Counted from the stretch's first letter, positions 9,752 through 19,644 are shown. The stretch is 64,000 nt of DNA from Bordetella parapertussis (GCA_945901405.1 CAMDLH010000007.1:3471-67470), one strand, 5' to 3'. The notes: generated by a model not told the origin, from the letters alone. Program-made: numbers and translations.

Positions 9752-10624
9752 TCAGCGCGCGGCGCCGCGTATGGCATTCAGGTGCGTGCACACCGCGCGC
9801 GCCCCCGCCGCGATGCGTGGCGTCGAGCGCTGGATTTCATCGGCAGCCACGTGCTTGCGCGGCAACTGGTGCAATTGCGTTATCGGATGATTGCGCCAGC
9901 GCGACTCAAACACTTGCGCGCCCGAGGCTGAATCGCCGCCCACCACCACCTCGGGCGCCGCCGCAAGCACGGCTTCTTCGGACACCGAGGGTGTCAGCAC
10001 CGGCAAATGCGCAAACACATTGCGCCCGCCGCACAGCTCGATCACGTCGCTGATGAGATGCGAACTGTTGACCGTGAGCAGCGGCCGCGGCCAGATTTCG
10101 TAGAACACGCGAACCGGGCGCAGCCCACCATGAGTCTTACGTAAATAATTGATTTCATTGATTAATTTTTCAGACGCTAAAGCGCCCTGAGCACTGCCCG
10201 CCAGCGTGCCGATGAGCCGCAGCACGCGCGCAATATCGGGCAACCGTTCGATCTCGGTCACAAACACGCGCAAACCGAGTTTCTCCAGGCGCGCGATTTC
10301 GGCTTGCGGATTGCCGCTCTTCCAGCCCAGCACCAGATCGGGTTTCAGCGCTAACAACCGTTCGGCATCAAAGCGCGCCGAGTCGCCGATTTGCGGAAAC
10401 TTCAATGCCTCGGGCGGGTAATCGCTGTAACGGCTGACCGCGATCAGCCGCTCGCCCGCGCCAGCGGCAAAGACAAGTTCAGTGAGATGCGGCGACAGCG
10501 TGACGATGCGCCGCGCGGGAGCATCGAGTTTAAAGACGACGCCGCGGTCGTCGCGCAGTTCTAGCGGCTGCGCGTAGCTTGGCCATGCGGCCGCGAGCAG
10601 CGCAATCCACAAGAAACGGCGCAA
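9752..10624 (-). CDS. Periplasmic cobalamin/siderophore-type (BtuF-like, cluster A) ABC substrate-binding protein
   Basis: 290 aa. Signal peptide ...SYAQP, then RIVTLSPHLTELVFAAGAGERLIAVS and LKPDLVLGW, typical of the BtuF/FecB fold. TTG start lies 2 nt after the aroG stop. Confidence 0.7.
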   Translation of the reverse strand: MRRFLWIALLAAAWPSYAQPLELRDDRGVVFKLDAPARRIVTLSPHLTELVFAAGAGERLIAVSRYSDYPPEALKFPQIGDSARFDAERLLALKPDLVLGWKSGNPQAEIARLEKLGLRVFVTEIERLPDIARVLRLIGTLAGSAQGALASEKLINEINYLRKTHGGLRPVRVFYEIWPRPLLTVNSSHLISDVIELCGGRNVFAHLPVLTPSVSEEAVLAAAPEVVVGGDSASGAQVFESRWRNHPITQLHQLPRKHVAADEIQRSTPRIAAGARAVCTHLNAIRGAAR

Positions 10625-10626
10625 GG

Positions 10627-11697
10627 TCAGTCGCTTGCCGCCGCCTTCAAGCGCCGCTCGCGCACTGCCGCCGCGAGGCCATCGAGCATGCCGACCGATT
10701 CTTCCCAGCCTATGCAGCCGTCGGTGATGCTGACACCGTAGACCAGTGGCTTGCCGGGCACCAGATCCTGCCGTCCGGCTTTCAAATGCCCTTCGGCCAT
10801 GATGCCGAAAATGCGCCCGTCGCCCGCCGCGATCTGGCGCGCAACATCCTGCCCGACATCAACTTGCTTCGCCGGCACCTTGCTGCTGTTGCCGTGACTG
10901 AAATCGATCATGATGCGCGCCGGCACGCCGGATTCGGCAAGCGCTTTCGCCGCCGCATCCACGTTCGCCGCGTCGTAGTTGGGCGCTTTGCCGCCGCGCA
11001 ATATGGCGTGGCAATCTTCGTTGCCCGAGGTGGACACAATCGCCGAGTGGCCGGCCTTGGTCACCGACAAAAAGTGATGCGGCGCCTGTGCCGCGCGTAT
11101 CGCATCGACGGCGATGCGCACACTGCCATCGGTGCCGTTCTTGAAACCGACCGGGCACGACAGCCCCGATGCGAGCTCGCGATGTATCTGCGATTCGGTG
11201 GTGCGCGCGCCGATCGCGCCCCACGACACCAGATCGGCGATGTACTGCGGCGTGATCATGTCGAGAAACTCGCAGCACGCCGGCATGCCGGATTCGTTCA
11301 ACTCCAGCAGCAATTGGCGCGCGACACGCAAGCCTTCGTTGATGTTGAAACTGCCATCGAGATTCGGATCATTGATCAATCCCTTCCAGCCTACGGTAGT
11401 GCGCGGCTTTTCGAAATACACGCGCATCGTCACCAGCAATTCGCCGGCGAGGCGATCCTTCACCGCCTTCAACCTGGCCGCGTATTCCTTCGCCGCCTTC
11501 ACGTCATGTATCGAACACGGCCCCAGGATCACGAGCAGCCGGTCATCCGCGCCGTGCAGAATGCGATGTATCGCCTGCCGCGTTTCAAACACCGTCTGCG
11601 CCGCCGTGTCGGTAATGCCAAACTCGCGCAACACATGCGCGGGCGGGGCGAGTTCCTTGATTTCCTTGATACGCAGATCGTCGGTTTTGTGCTGCAT
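10627..11697 (-). CDS. aroG: 3-deoxy-7-phosphoheptulonate (DAHP) synthase, class I
   Basis: Near-colinear with remembered E. coli AroG: DDLRIKEIKEL, GPCSIHD, YFEKPRTTVGWKGLINDP, GARTTESQIHRELASGLSCPVGFKNGTDG. ATG chosen at 11697. Isozyme specificity is not determinable. Confidence 0.93.
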   Translation of the reverse strand: MQHKTDDLRIKEIKELAPPAHVLREFGITDTAAQTVFETRQAIHRILHGADDRLLVILGPCSIHDVKAAKEYAARLKAVKDRLAGELLVTMRVYFEKPRTTVGWKGLINDPNLDGSFNINEGLRVARQLLLELNESGMPACCEFLDMITPQYIADLVSWGAIGARTTESQIHRELASGLSCPVGFKNGTDGSVRIAVDAIRAAQAPHHFLSVTKAGHSAIVSTSGNEDCHAILRGGKAPNYDAANVDAAAKALAESGVPARIMIDFSHGNSSKVPAKQVDVGQDVARQIAAGDGRIFGIMAEGHLKAGRQDLVPGKPLVYGVSITDGCIGWEESVGMLDGLAAAVRERRLKAAASD

Positions 11698-11815
11698 GAC
11701 TGGCCTCAACTTGCTGAAAAATCAAAGAGTTGGATTATAAACCAGCGGCGGCTGGATTTGAATGCCGTGCAACACTGCTACCATTCCGGCACATCAATCC
11801 ATTGAAACCAACGCC

Positions 11816-12796
11816 ATGACTACTTCGTTCAAACACCTGCGCCGCGGGATTTACTGCGTGCTGGCCGCGTTACCCCTCGGCACCATCGCGGCAGATGCTG
11901 CCTATCCCTCGCGCCCCATACGCATCCTGATTCCGTTCCCGGCTGGCGGCTCGACCGATCTCTTGGCACGCATGGTCGGCCAGCGCCTGACCGAAGCATG
12001 GGGCCAGCCCACGGTCTCAGACAACCGCGTGGGCGCGAATGCCATACTTGCCTCCGAAATCGCCGCCAAAGCCGCGCCCGACGGCCACACGCTGCTGATG
12101 ATCGCCATCGGCCACGCCGCGAATGTAAGTCTTTATCGCAAGCTGCCGTACGACACACTAAAGGATTTCTCCCCCATCGCCGCCGTGGGCGACGTGCCGA
12201 TTTTTCTTGCCGTGCATCCGCAGGTGAAAGCCGCGTCGGTGAAGGAACTCATCGCCCTGATGAAATCGAAACCAGGCAGCATCAACTGCGCCTCCGGCGG
12301 CGTGGGCGCGTCACACCACCTCGCGGGCGAACTTTTTCGTCAGATGACCGGCACCGATTTTCAGCACATCCAATACAAAGGCGGCGGCCCCGCGCTGATC
12401 GAATTAGTGGGCGGCAGAACCGACATGATGTTCACGCCGATTTCAACCGCAATACAGCACGTCAAAGGTGGACGCCTGCGCGCAATCGCCGTCACCTCGC
12501 CGCAACGCGTCGCCATCACGCCGGAGTTGCCGACAATCAGCGAAGCAGGCGTACCCGGCTACGAATCCCGAGCCTGGTACGGCCTCGTAGGCCCTGGGCG
12601 AATGGACAAAGCGCTGGTTGCAAAACTCAACGCCGAAATCGACGGCATGCTGAAAAGCGCCGCCGGTCGCGACAAACTGCTGGGCCTGGGCGTGATCCCG
12701 ATGGGCGGCGGCGTTGCCGAATTTGACGGGTTTATAAGGCGTGAAATTGAGAAATATGCGAAGGTGGTGAAGGCTGGAGGGATACGGGTGGAGTGA
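11816..12796 (+). CDS. Bug/TctC-family solute-binding protein
   Basis: ATG 11816. Signal peptide then YPSRPIRILIPFPAGGSTD and IQYKGGGPA. Confidence 0.9.
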   Translation: MTTSFKHLRRGIYCVLAALPLGTIAADAAYPSRPIRILIPFPAGGSTDLLARMVGQRLTEAWGQPTVSDNRVGANAILASEIAAKAAPDGHTLLMIAIGHAANVSLYRKLPYDTLKDFSPIAAVGDVPIFLAVHPQVKAASVKELIALMKSKPGSINCASGGVGASHHLAGELFRQMTGTDFQHIQYKGGGPALIELVGGRTDMMFTPISTAIQHVKGGRLRAIAVTSPQRVAITPELPTISEAGVPGYESRAWYGLVGPGRMDKALVAKLNAEIDGMLKSAAGRDKLLGLGVIPMGGGVAEFDGFIRREIEKYAKVVKAGGIRVE

Positions 12797-12854
12797 TGCG
12801 ATCCCCCAATGCCTTCCGATGCACCGTGCTTAAATTGCCGGGGCAGCCGCGTAA

Positions 12855-12880
12855 GGCGTAATCGCCGAAGGCATTGCGCC
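12855..12880 (-). repeat. Hairpin repeat A (GGCGCAAT-N10-ATTGCGCC), inverted copy
   Basis: The sequence ggcgtaatcgccgaaggcattgcgcc is the reverse complement of the copies at 12980, 13330 and 29244, with 1 mismatch. Confidence 0.8.
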
Positions 12881-12979
12881 GGACGGATTGCCCCAACAGA
12901 ATCAGCCCCAGAACAACAAAAATAATCCGAGAACCCCGTCTTGGTTTTTTCCAAGTATTCTGTTTCGCAATCACCGCCC

Positions 12980-13005
12980 GGCGCAATGCCTTCGGCGATT
13001 GCGCC
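12980..13005 (+). repeat. Hairpin repeat A copy
   Basis: The sequence ggcgcaatgccttcggcgattgcgcc has an 8-bp perfect stem. Confidence 0.85.
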
Positions 13006-13077
13006 CTACGGTTTTCGGGGTGCTGCAAGAAAGAGATTCAGAGCTCGCACTCGCGAGGTGTGCGCAGCAAGTCCCCA

Positions 13078-13292
13078 TGTGAGCCGCCGAGCAGCAGAGC
13101 CACGCCGGGAGGGGGTCGGCGAGGACTGTCTGAGTCCTCGTGGGGGTATCGCGAGGGCGAGTTCCGCAGCCGCCCGGCGTGGCGAGCAGCGCAGGGTAGC
13201 CCGTAGGGCCGGCGAACCGGGGGCCGCCTTCTTTTGGTTACTTTTCTTGGCGGTTCAAGAAAAGTGACCAGCCGCCGGGCTGCCCCCGGCGA
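13078..13292 (+). repeat. 215-bp structured intergenic repeat, copy 1
   Basis: Colinear with 28977..29191 at about 90 percent identity by eye, same orientation. It contains internal hairpins gcgaggact-gtctg-agtcctcg and ggttacttttcttgg-cggtt-caagaaaagtgacc. Confidence 0.85.
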
Positions 13293-13329
13293 ACTTGGGG
13301 TTAATTTCGCGGCGTGCCAAATAAGGAAC

Positions 13330-13355
13330 GGCGCAATGCCTTCGGCGATTGCGCC
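13330..13355 (+). repeat. Hairpin repeat A copy
   Basis: Identical 26-mer to 12980..13005, lying 10 nt from the tldD stop. Confidence 0.85.
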
Positions 13356-13364
13356 GTACACTTA

Positions 13365-14822
13365 TTAAACGGTGCCGCCCACGGTTAACCCATCAATCCG
13401 CAACGTCGGCTGCCCCACGCCCACCGGCACGCTCTGGCCTTCCTTGCCGCAGGTGCCCACGCCTGAATCGAGCGCCATGTCGTTGCCTATCATTGCCACG
13501 CGTGTCAATGCGTCGGGGCCGTTGCCGATCAGCGTTGCTCCCTTGATTGGCGCGCAGACCTTGCCGTTTTCGATGATGTAGGCCTCGGACGCGGAGAAGA
13601 CGAACTTGCCGTTGGTGATGTCTACTTGCCCGCCGCCGAAGTTAACGGCGTAGAGACCATTTTTCACCGAGGCGATAATCTCCCGCGGGTCTTTGTCGCC
13701 GTTCAACATATACGTGTTGGTCATGCGCGGCATGGGAATGTGTGCGAATGATTCACGGCGGCCGTTGCCGGTGGGTTTGGTTTTCATCAGCCGCGCGTTG
13801 AGGCTGTCCTGCATGTAGCCTTTGAGTACGCCGTCTTCGATCAGCACGTTGTATTGCGTGGCGTTGCCTTCGTCGTCGATGTTGAGCGAGCCGCGGCGGC
13901 GTGACAGCGTGCCGTCGTCGACCACGGTGACGCCGGGCGAGGCGACGCGTTCGCCGATGCGCCCGCTAAAGGTTGATGTGCCCTTGCGGTTGAAATCGCC
14001 TTCGAGTCCGTGGCCAACAGCCTCGTGCAGCAGCACGCCGGGCCAACCCGGCCCCAGCACCACGGTCATGGTGCCGGCGGGTGCTGCACGCGCGTTGAGA
14101 TTGACCAGCGCCTGATCGACGGCCTTTTGCGCATAGTCCTGCAACATCGCGTCGTCAAAGTACGCATAGTCGAAGCGCCCGCCACCACCCGCACTGCCCT
14201 GCTCGCGCCGGCCGTCTTGTTCAACGATGACTTGCAGCGACACGCGCACCAGCGGACGCACGTCGGCGGCGTTGACGCCATCGCTGCGCGCCACCATCAC
14301 CACTTCGTATTCGCCGCCGATGGAGGCCATCACTTGCGTGACACGCGGATCGAGTTTGCGTGCGTGGCGTTCGAGGCGTTCGAGCAGCGACACTTTCGCC
14401 GGATCGTCCAGACTCGCCAGCGGGTCTTGCGGCAGATACAGGCTGCGCCCGCCGTTGCGGGTGGCGATTTGCGTGGAACTCGATCCGCCCTGGCGCGCGA
14501 TCGCGCGCGTGGCGCGCGCGGCATCGGTCAATGCGTTGAAGCTAATGTCGTCCGAGTACGCGAACGCGGTTTTCTCGCCGCTCACTGCGCGCACGCCGAT
14601 GCCTTGATCGATGTTGAAGCTGCCGGATTTGACGATGCCTTCCTCGAGGCTCCACGACTCGCTGCGGCTGTACTGAAAATACAAATCCGCGTAATCGACC
14701 TTGTGCTGCATGATCTGGCCGAAGACACTTTGCAGCTTGTTGTCGTCGAGCGAGTATGGCGCAAGCAATATGTCGTGCGCGGTGGTGAAGTTCTGGTCTG
14801 AGGTTGCGAGTGCGGGTTCCAC
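13365..14822 (-). CDS. tldD: Metalloprotease TldD
   Basis: Strong TldD signatures: [51 protein letters not shown] and [14 protein letters not shown] at 14822 is preferred (AAGGA 7 nt upstream); the ORF finder extends to a TTG at 14855. Confidence 0.93.
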   Translation of the reverse strand: MEPALATSDQNFTTAHDILLAPYSLDDNKLQSVFGQIMQHKVDYADLYFQYSRSESWSLEEGIVKSGSFNIDQGIGVRAVSGEKTAFAYSDDISFNALTDAARATRAIARQGGSSSTQIATRNGGRSLYLPQDPLASLDDPAKVSLLERLERHARKLDPRVTQVMASIGGEYEVVMVARSDGVNAADVRPLVRVSLQVIVEQDGRREQGSAGGGGRFDYAYFDDAMLQDYAQKAVDQALVNLNARAAPAGTMTVVLGPGWPGVLLHEAVGHGLEGDFNRKGTSTFSGRIGERVASPGVTVVDDGTLSRRRGSLNIDDEGNATQYNVLIEDGVLKGYMQDSLNARLMKTKPTGNGRRESFAHIPMPRMTNTYMLNGDKDPREIIASVKNGLYAVNFGGGQVDITNGKFVFSASEAYIIENGKVCAPIKGATLIGNGPDALTRVAMIGNDMALDSGVGTCGKEGQSVPVGVGQPTLRIDGLTVGGTV

Positions 14823-14844
14823 AAATGTCCTTGATAAAAACTCG

Positions 14845-14864
14845 TTTAAAAACAATTACTTAGG
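14845..14864 (-). promoter_or_regulatory. AT-rich 20-mer motif instance (CCTAAGTAATTGTTTTTAAA)
   Basis: Lies in the 45-nt nit-tldD intercistronic gap, in sense orientation about 22 nt upstream of the tldD start. Confidence 0.5.
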
Positions 14865-14867
14865 TTA

Positions 14868-15713
14868 TTACATCGTGCGGTGCGACAACGCCGGCAGATT
14901 GCGCCGCAGGCGTTGCAGATAGGCGAGGTTAACACCCGCGACGACCACGCCCGAGCCGCGCGGCAAACGGTCGAGCACCACGCCCCACGGATCAACGATC
15001 ATCGAGTCGCCATGCGTCTCGCGGCCGTTGAGATGGTAGCCGCCCTGCGCGGGTGCGAGCACGTAGGCAAGATTTTCGATTGCGCGCGCGCGAATCAACG
15101 TTTCCCAATGCGCCTTGCCGGTGGTTTCGGTAAACGCCGACGGCAGCAAAATAATATCCACGTCCTTCATCGAGCGATACAACTCCGGAAAGCGCAAGTC
15201 GTAACAAATCGACAAGCCGAGCCTGCCGAACGGCGTATCGACGGTGACGACCTTATCACCCGGCTCGATGGTGCGCTCCTCGTGATATTGCTCCTCGCCC
15301 ATCTGAAAACCGAAGAGGTGAATCTTGTCGTAGCGCGCGACCTGCCTGCCGTTGTTGTCGAATACCAGACAAGTATTGCGCACCTTGCGCGGATCGCTCG
15401 ATACCAGCGGCGCGGAACCGCCGACGAGCCAGATGCCGTGTTTCTTCGCGGTCTCGGAGAGAAAATTTTGTATCGGACCGCCGCCTTCGGCCTCGCGCAC
15501 ATCCACCTTGTCGGTGTCGCGCATGCCGAGTATCGCGAAGTACTCCGGCAGCGCCACGAGTTGCGCGCCCTCTGCGGCGGCAATGGCGATCAGCCGCCCC
15601 GCTTCCTTCAGATTGCCTTCGACGCTGGGGCCGGAGGCCATCTGCACGGCGGCAATGCGTGTGACGCCGGGTTCATTGGCGGGCGCGGGCTTGCCCGCGA
15701 TTTTTGTGCTCAT
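14868..15713 (-). CDS. Carbon-nitrogen hydrolase (nitrilase superfamily) protein
   Basis: 281 aa. RIAAVQM, LPEYF and SICYDLRFPELY (catalytic Cys context) are present. Conserved position between the yhdP-like gene and tldD. Confidence 0.9.
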   Translation of the reverse strand: MSTKIAGKPAPANEPGVTRIAAVQMASGPSVEGNLKEAGRLIAIAAAEGAQLVALPEYFAILGMRDTDKVDVREAEGGGPIQNFLSETAKKHGIWLVGGSAPLVSSDPRKVRNTCLVFDNNGRQVARYDKIHLFGFQMGEEQYHEERTIEPGDKVVTVDTPFGRLGLSICYDLRFPELYRSMKDVDIILLPSAFTETTGKAHWETLIRARAIENLAYVLAPAQGGYHLNGRETHGDSMIVDPWGVVLDRLPRGSGVVVAGVNLAYLQRLRRNLPALSHRTM

Positions 15714-15734
15714 GATTTTTGGATGGTTACATTT

Positions 15735-18700
15735 CTATTCGACGGGCGGCAACGTGACGGCACGCGGCGCGTCCACCTTGGTAACCACGGGGTCTACCCA
15801 GGTTCCCGTGACATGGTAGTTGAAGGCCAGCAAATCGTCGAACGGTCTTTTAAACAGCAACGAGGCCACCAGCGCGGCAAGCCCAGCGGCGGGGTTCACA
15901 ACCGCCGCCGCGATGGCCACGCCGCCCGAAATCTGCGGGCGAATTCTCAGATTCACGTCCTGCGTTTCACGTGCGAGGTCCACCGCCCCCGTCATGAACA
16001 CCTCGGCGGAAGGTCCGCGCATCCTGAACCCTTCCACCTTGGCCGACCCTTGGTTGATTTTCAGAGACCCGATGAAATCATCGAATGCGAAGCCATCCGA
16101 GAACACGTCGCGAAAATCCAGCGTGAGGCGCCGCGGGATCGATTGCAGGCTCATCACACCCAGCAGCTTGGCGATGCCCGGCTCCATTTTGATGAACTGG
16201 CCCTTGGTCATGTAGGCCGCGATTTCGCCGGACAATGTCGGCACGTTGAACTGCTGCGGACTGCCCGACCAGCTCAGCGGGCCTTCCAGCTTGGCAACGC
16301 CGCCGCGTATGCCCTCCGGGTGACCCAGCCGCGTGAGCATCTTGCCTGCGTCCTTGATCTCCCACTTGATGGAAACCTGCGTGCGCGGCTGCGTGAGCCA
16401 CGACTGCCAGATGCCCGTCACCGCCAAGTCGCCATCCGGGTTGGTGATCTTCAGTTGCTCGATCACCCAGTCGCGCTCTTTAGGCAGCGCGCGCAATTCG
16501 AGCCGTCCCAGCTTTTTCGCCGCCAACTGAAACTCGTCAACGACTAAATCCAGCGCGGGCAGATCGGGCGCGTCGCTGCCCGCGGGCGGCTTTTCGGGTT
16601 TGACGCCCGGCGTTGGCGTCGCGGCGGGCACTACAAGTTTTTTTAAGCGTGCAATGAGCCGCCCCTTGCCCTGCGGCTGCCAATTGGCATTGCCCTCGAT
16701 CTCGCGGCCCGCGAGTGCCAACTGTATCGCGCCGTCCTGCCGCACGGCGCGCAACGCAAGATCGTGAAACTTGCGGTCGAACACATCGGCCTCGGCAAGC
16801 TTCACATCCACGCCGGCCAGCGTGTATTCGACCGCACCCACTCCCGAACTGGTGCGCCCGGACAGCACCAGCCACTCGTCGATATCCAGCTTGTTAAGAC
16901 TGCCCGTGACCCACACGCCGGGGCGCTCCGGCTCGCCCGCCGCACCGCCCAACTGCACCACGCCGCGCTCGATCACCGAACGTTTGCCGTCGCTGAAACG
17001 ATCCAGCCGCACACTGACAATTTCGCCGTAACTGAAACTGAGTTTGTCGCGCTCGCGGCTGACGAAGCGCCGCTCCACGCGTGTATTGACGGATTCGGCC
17101 GCGGTTTTGACGAACGGCGCGGGCAGTGTCGATGCAATGCCGCGCAGGTTCGATTCCAGCACGAGGTCGGCAGTTTTTTTGAACATCGTCAGCGAGCCGC
17201 TCCAGTCGGCAGCACCGCGTATGTGCGCGAGCCACGGCGGCCCGCCCGCGCGGCGCACCGCATCCGGGTTGATGCGGCCTTGCAGATTTAGCCTGATGGT
17301 CGAATCCGGCTGCGCCACGCCGGTGATGGTGAGCGGCCCGCCGAAAAACGTCGCGGTGGCGGTGGGCAGACGCACGCCGGATTCGCTGAATTCGACGCGG
17401 CCGCTGACCTGCTCCAGTGGCGGCATGCCGGCATCGACCACCAGTTTGTTGCCCGTCATCTGGTAAACACCGGCGACACGGGTCTTGTTCAAATCCGCAA
17501 AAGGCAATTCCAGCTTTAACGTGAGCTTGCCCGCGCCCTCGCCCTGCATGCCTTCGGTGAAGCGGTCGATGTAGTCATTGACCGGGCTTTGCGCGATGAA
17601 CTTCAGGAAGTCCGGCGTCGGCCCGTCGGCTTCGCCGTTGATGATGAGCGTTTCGCCGTCACGGCTGAAACGCGGAATCTGCACATGCACCTTGGATAAC
17701 TTCACGCCATAGATCGAACCCTGGCGCGCGTTGACATCCATGCGCAACCCGCGAAACGCAAGATCGCCTTCGATGTTTTCGATATCGGGCCAGCCATCAC
17801 CGTAATGCAATTTGCCGCCGGCAACTTTCGCAGTAACATAGAACACCCCGTTCTTGTCATCGGGGAACGGAAAATCGCGCAGGTTTCCCTTGCTGCGAAA
17901 ATTCACCTCATTCGATGTGCCCGCGAGAAACGCCTTGGTGAGCCACGGCCGCGCGTTTTTCGCCACGCGCAGCGGAATGTAATTCACCAACCTGCGCGCA
18001 TCGGCGCGCGTAAGATTGCCGGTGATATCGATGATGCCCGGCTCTTCGGGGATGCGCTGGTACGTGCCGGAGAGCGTGCCCGCGAGATCGGCGTTGGCGT
18101 ACGACACGCTGGACAGCTTGATGGTGAACTCGCGCGCGCGCCGCGTCCAGCTTGCCTGCGCGGTGAAGGTATCGAAATCCATCGGCGCCACGAACACATT
18201 CGGCAAATCAAGCTGCATCGCCTGCGCATTGAAGTTGAGCGTGCCGCCCTTGTCGCTGCCATCGATGTTGCCGCTCACACCCTTGAAGCCGGGAATGTCA
18301 CCCTGACGATTCAGGCTCACCTTGTCGAAGCGTCCGCGCACGCTGTACTGCGCGGGCCGCGGCCAACTGCCGGTCCATTTCATCAGCACGTCATGCACGC
18401 TGCCGCGCGGTGCAAAATCGACGAGTTTGCGCCGCATCTCGGCCTCGAGCGGCAAATGGTCCACCAGCGACAGGAGCGGCGCGAGATCCAGATTGTCCAC
18501 CAGCATCTCACCGGCGCCGGCCTTGCCGTCGCGGCTGGTGCTCACGCGCAGCGTGAAACTCGCCGGTTCGAGCGACAGATTGCCCGCGGTCTTGAAGCCC
18601 AGCTTGAAGGTGCTGAATTCGTAACCCTTGTCGGATTTTTTCCACGCAAGGCGGCCGCCCAGTTGCGCGAGGTCCAGTTCGGGCAGGTCTTTGCCGAGCT

Positions 18701-19610
18701 TGGTTTTCACCTCGCGCAGTCGCACGTCGGCGGTGAGTTCCTTCAAATCGCGTTCCTGTATCGTGGCCCACGCTTGCAAGGCGCCCGTGCCGCGCGGGAA
18801 CTGCACCGGAAACGGCACCCACGCGCGCCACGCCGCGATGTCGGCGTAATCGAAGCGCACGTACAGATTGCCGCTCCAGTCAAGCCAGTCTTTCGCCGAT
18901 TCGCCGCGCATGTCGCCGCGCACATCGAGCGGCCCGGCGAGTTCCGGCGGCGGCTCCGCGCGCAGCCCGAAGCGATGGCGATCTCCGCGATTCATCAAGC
19001 GAAAATCAACATTGCGCAGCGGCAGCACCGGCGCGCCGCGCTGCTCGTCGGTCCAGGTGATCTCGGCGTTGCTCACCGAGATATCGCGCTGATCGAGCAG
19101 CCAATCGGCAAAGCCGCCTTCGCCCTCGCCGCCCGCGATGTCGATGCCCTTGATACTGATGCGTCCGCGCTTATCGCGCTTCACGTCGAGCACCGGATGC
19201 ACCAGCTCCAGCGAACGAAAATGGGGCCTAAGCGCCGCCAGCGACAGCCACGACAGCGTGCTGTCCACGCGCGCAAGCTCAATCGCCGGGCGCCCAGCCT
19301 GGTCGTGAACGACAATTTGTTCTAGCTTGAGATAAGGGTGCAGGCCCTGCCATTCTGCGGCAATCTTGCCGATGGTCACGCGCTGACTGGCCGCCGCGCT
19401 CACCGCGCGCGCGATGTCCTCGCGATAGTTTTCGATGTTGGGTAAAAAATAGTAACGCAGCGCCAGCACCGTCACCGCCACCACCAGCAAAGCCATCATC
19501 GCCAGCCAAAACGCCACTCGATACAGCCACGCCGTGCTTTTGACCATTCCGCGTAAGACGCTTGCTAGTGACAATTTTTTGCCCGTGTACCCAAAAAATG
19601 CGATATTCAA
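15735..19610 (-). CDS. YhdP/AsmA-like large inner-membrane-anchored protein (TIGR02099/DUF3971-type)
   Basis: 1291 aa. One N-terminal TM helix, then a long beta-rich body. Synteny with glnE, nit and tldD is typical of Burkholderiales. Start is uncertain: TTG 19610 or ATG 19547. Confidence 0.8.
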   Translation of the reverse strand: MNIAFFGYTGKKLSLASVLRGMVKSTAWLYRVAFWLAMMALLVVAVTVLALRYYFLPNIENYREDIARAVSAAASQRVTIGKIAAEWQGLHPYLKLEQIVVHDQAGRPAIELARVDSTLSWLSLAALRPHFRSLELVHPVLDVKRDKRGRISIKGIDIAGGEGEGGFADWLLDQRDISVSNAEITWTDEQRGAPVLPLRNVDFRLMNRGDRHRFGLRAEPPPELAGPLDVRGDMRGESAKDWLDWSGNLYVRFDYADIAAWRAWVPFPVQFPRGTGALQAWATIQERDLKELTADVRLREVKTKLGKDLPELDLAQLGGRLAWKKSDKGYEFSTFKLGFKTAGNLSLEPASFTLRVSTSRDGKAGAGEMLVDNLDLAPLLSLVDHLPLEAEMRRKLVDFAPRGSVHDVLMKWTGSWPRPAQYSVRGRFDKVSLNRQGDIPGFKGVSGNIDGSDKGGTLNFNAQAMQLDLPNVFVAPMDFDTFTAQASWTRRAREFTIKLSSVSYANADLAGTLSGTYQRIPEEPGIIDITGNLTRADARRLVNYIPLRVAKNARPWLTKAFLAGTSNEVNFRSKGNLRDFPFPDDKNGVFYVTAKVAGGKLHYGDGWPDIENIEGDLAFRGLRMDVNARQGSIYGVKLSKVHVQIPRFSRDGETLIINGEADGPTPDFLKFIAQSPVNDYIDRFTEGMQGEGAGKLTLKLELPFADLNKTRVAGVYQMTGNKLVVDAGMPPLEQVSGRVEFSESGVRLPTATATFFGGPLTITGVAQPDSTIRLNLQGRINPDAVRRAGGPPWLAHIRGAADWSGSLTMFKKTADLVLESNLRGIASTLPAPFVKTAAESVNTRVERRFVSRERDKLSFSYGEIVSVRLDRFSDGKRSVIERGVVQLGGAAGEPERPGVWVTGSLNKLDIDEWLVLSGRTSSGVGAVEYTLAGVDVKLAEADVFDRKFHDLALRAVRQDGAIQLALAGREIEGNANWQPQGKGRLIARLKKLVVPAATPTPGVKPEKPPAGSDAPDLPALDLVVDEFQLAAKKLGRLELRALPKERDWVIEQLKITNPDGDLAVTGIWQSWLTQPRTQVSIKWEIKDAGKMLTRLGHPEGIRGGVAKLEGPLSWSGSPQQFNVPTLSGEIAAYMTKGQFIKMEPGIAKLLGVMSLQSIPRRLTLDFRDVFSDGFAFDDFIGSLKINQGSAKVEGFRMRGPSAEVFMTGAVDLARETQDVNLRIRPQISGGVAIAAAVVNPAAGLAALVASLLFKRPFDDLLAFNYHVTGTWVDPVVTKVDAPRAVTLPPVE

Positions 19611-19644
19611 TCAATGACTTGGCTATTCTAGCGCGAATCACTCC

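Noticed and set aside
10172-10180. The sequence ttcagacgc resembles the Neisseria DNA uptake sequence (TTCAGACGGC).
   Set aside because: It occurs once, carries a mismatch or deletion, and shows no enrichment in the window.
10625-10640. A cobalamin riboswitch was expected upstream of the BtuF-like gene.
   Set aside because: Only 2 nt separate it from the aroG stop, which leaves no room for a riboswitch.
13038-13361. ORFs 13038..13361(-) and 28739..29221(-), open through both copies of the 215-bp repeat, could be a small protein family.
   Set aside because: Differences between the two copies are mostly non-synonymous. No conserved start or SD is present. The sequence is dominated by hairpins and encodes an Arg/Pro-rich string, so a non-coding repeat is more parsimonious.
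12797-13364. Possible CRISPR array, because short repeats recur in the intergenic space here and at 25753-26596 and 28756-29269.
   Set aside because: The repeats are inverted hairpin units with irregular spacing, not direct repeats with uniform spacers. No cas genes are present. They fit REP/REPIN elements.
14880-16547. Long alternative-frame or antisense ORFs. Examples are 839..1807(+), 14880..16547(+), 17805..19325(+), 19804..21249(-), 39745..41364(-), 52744..53733(-), 4648..5490(-) and the 5' 800 nt of 58144..60084(+).
   Set aside because: Each overlaps a CDS with strong family signatures on the other strand or in another frame. Their translations are Arg/Ala/His/Gly-rich low-complexity strings. 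Such long open frames are typical of stop-codon-poor high-GC DNA.
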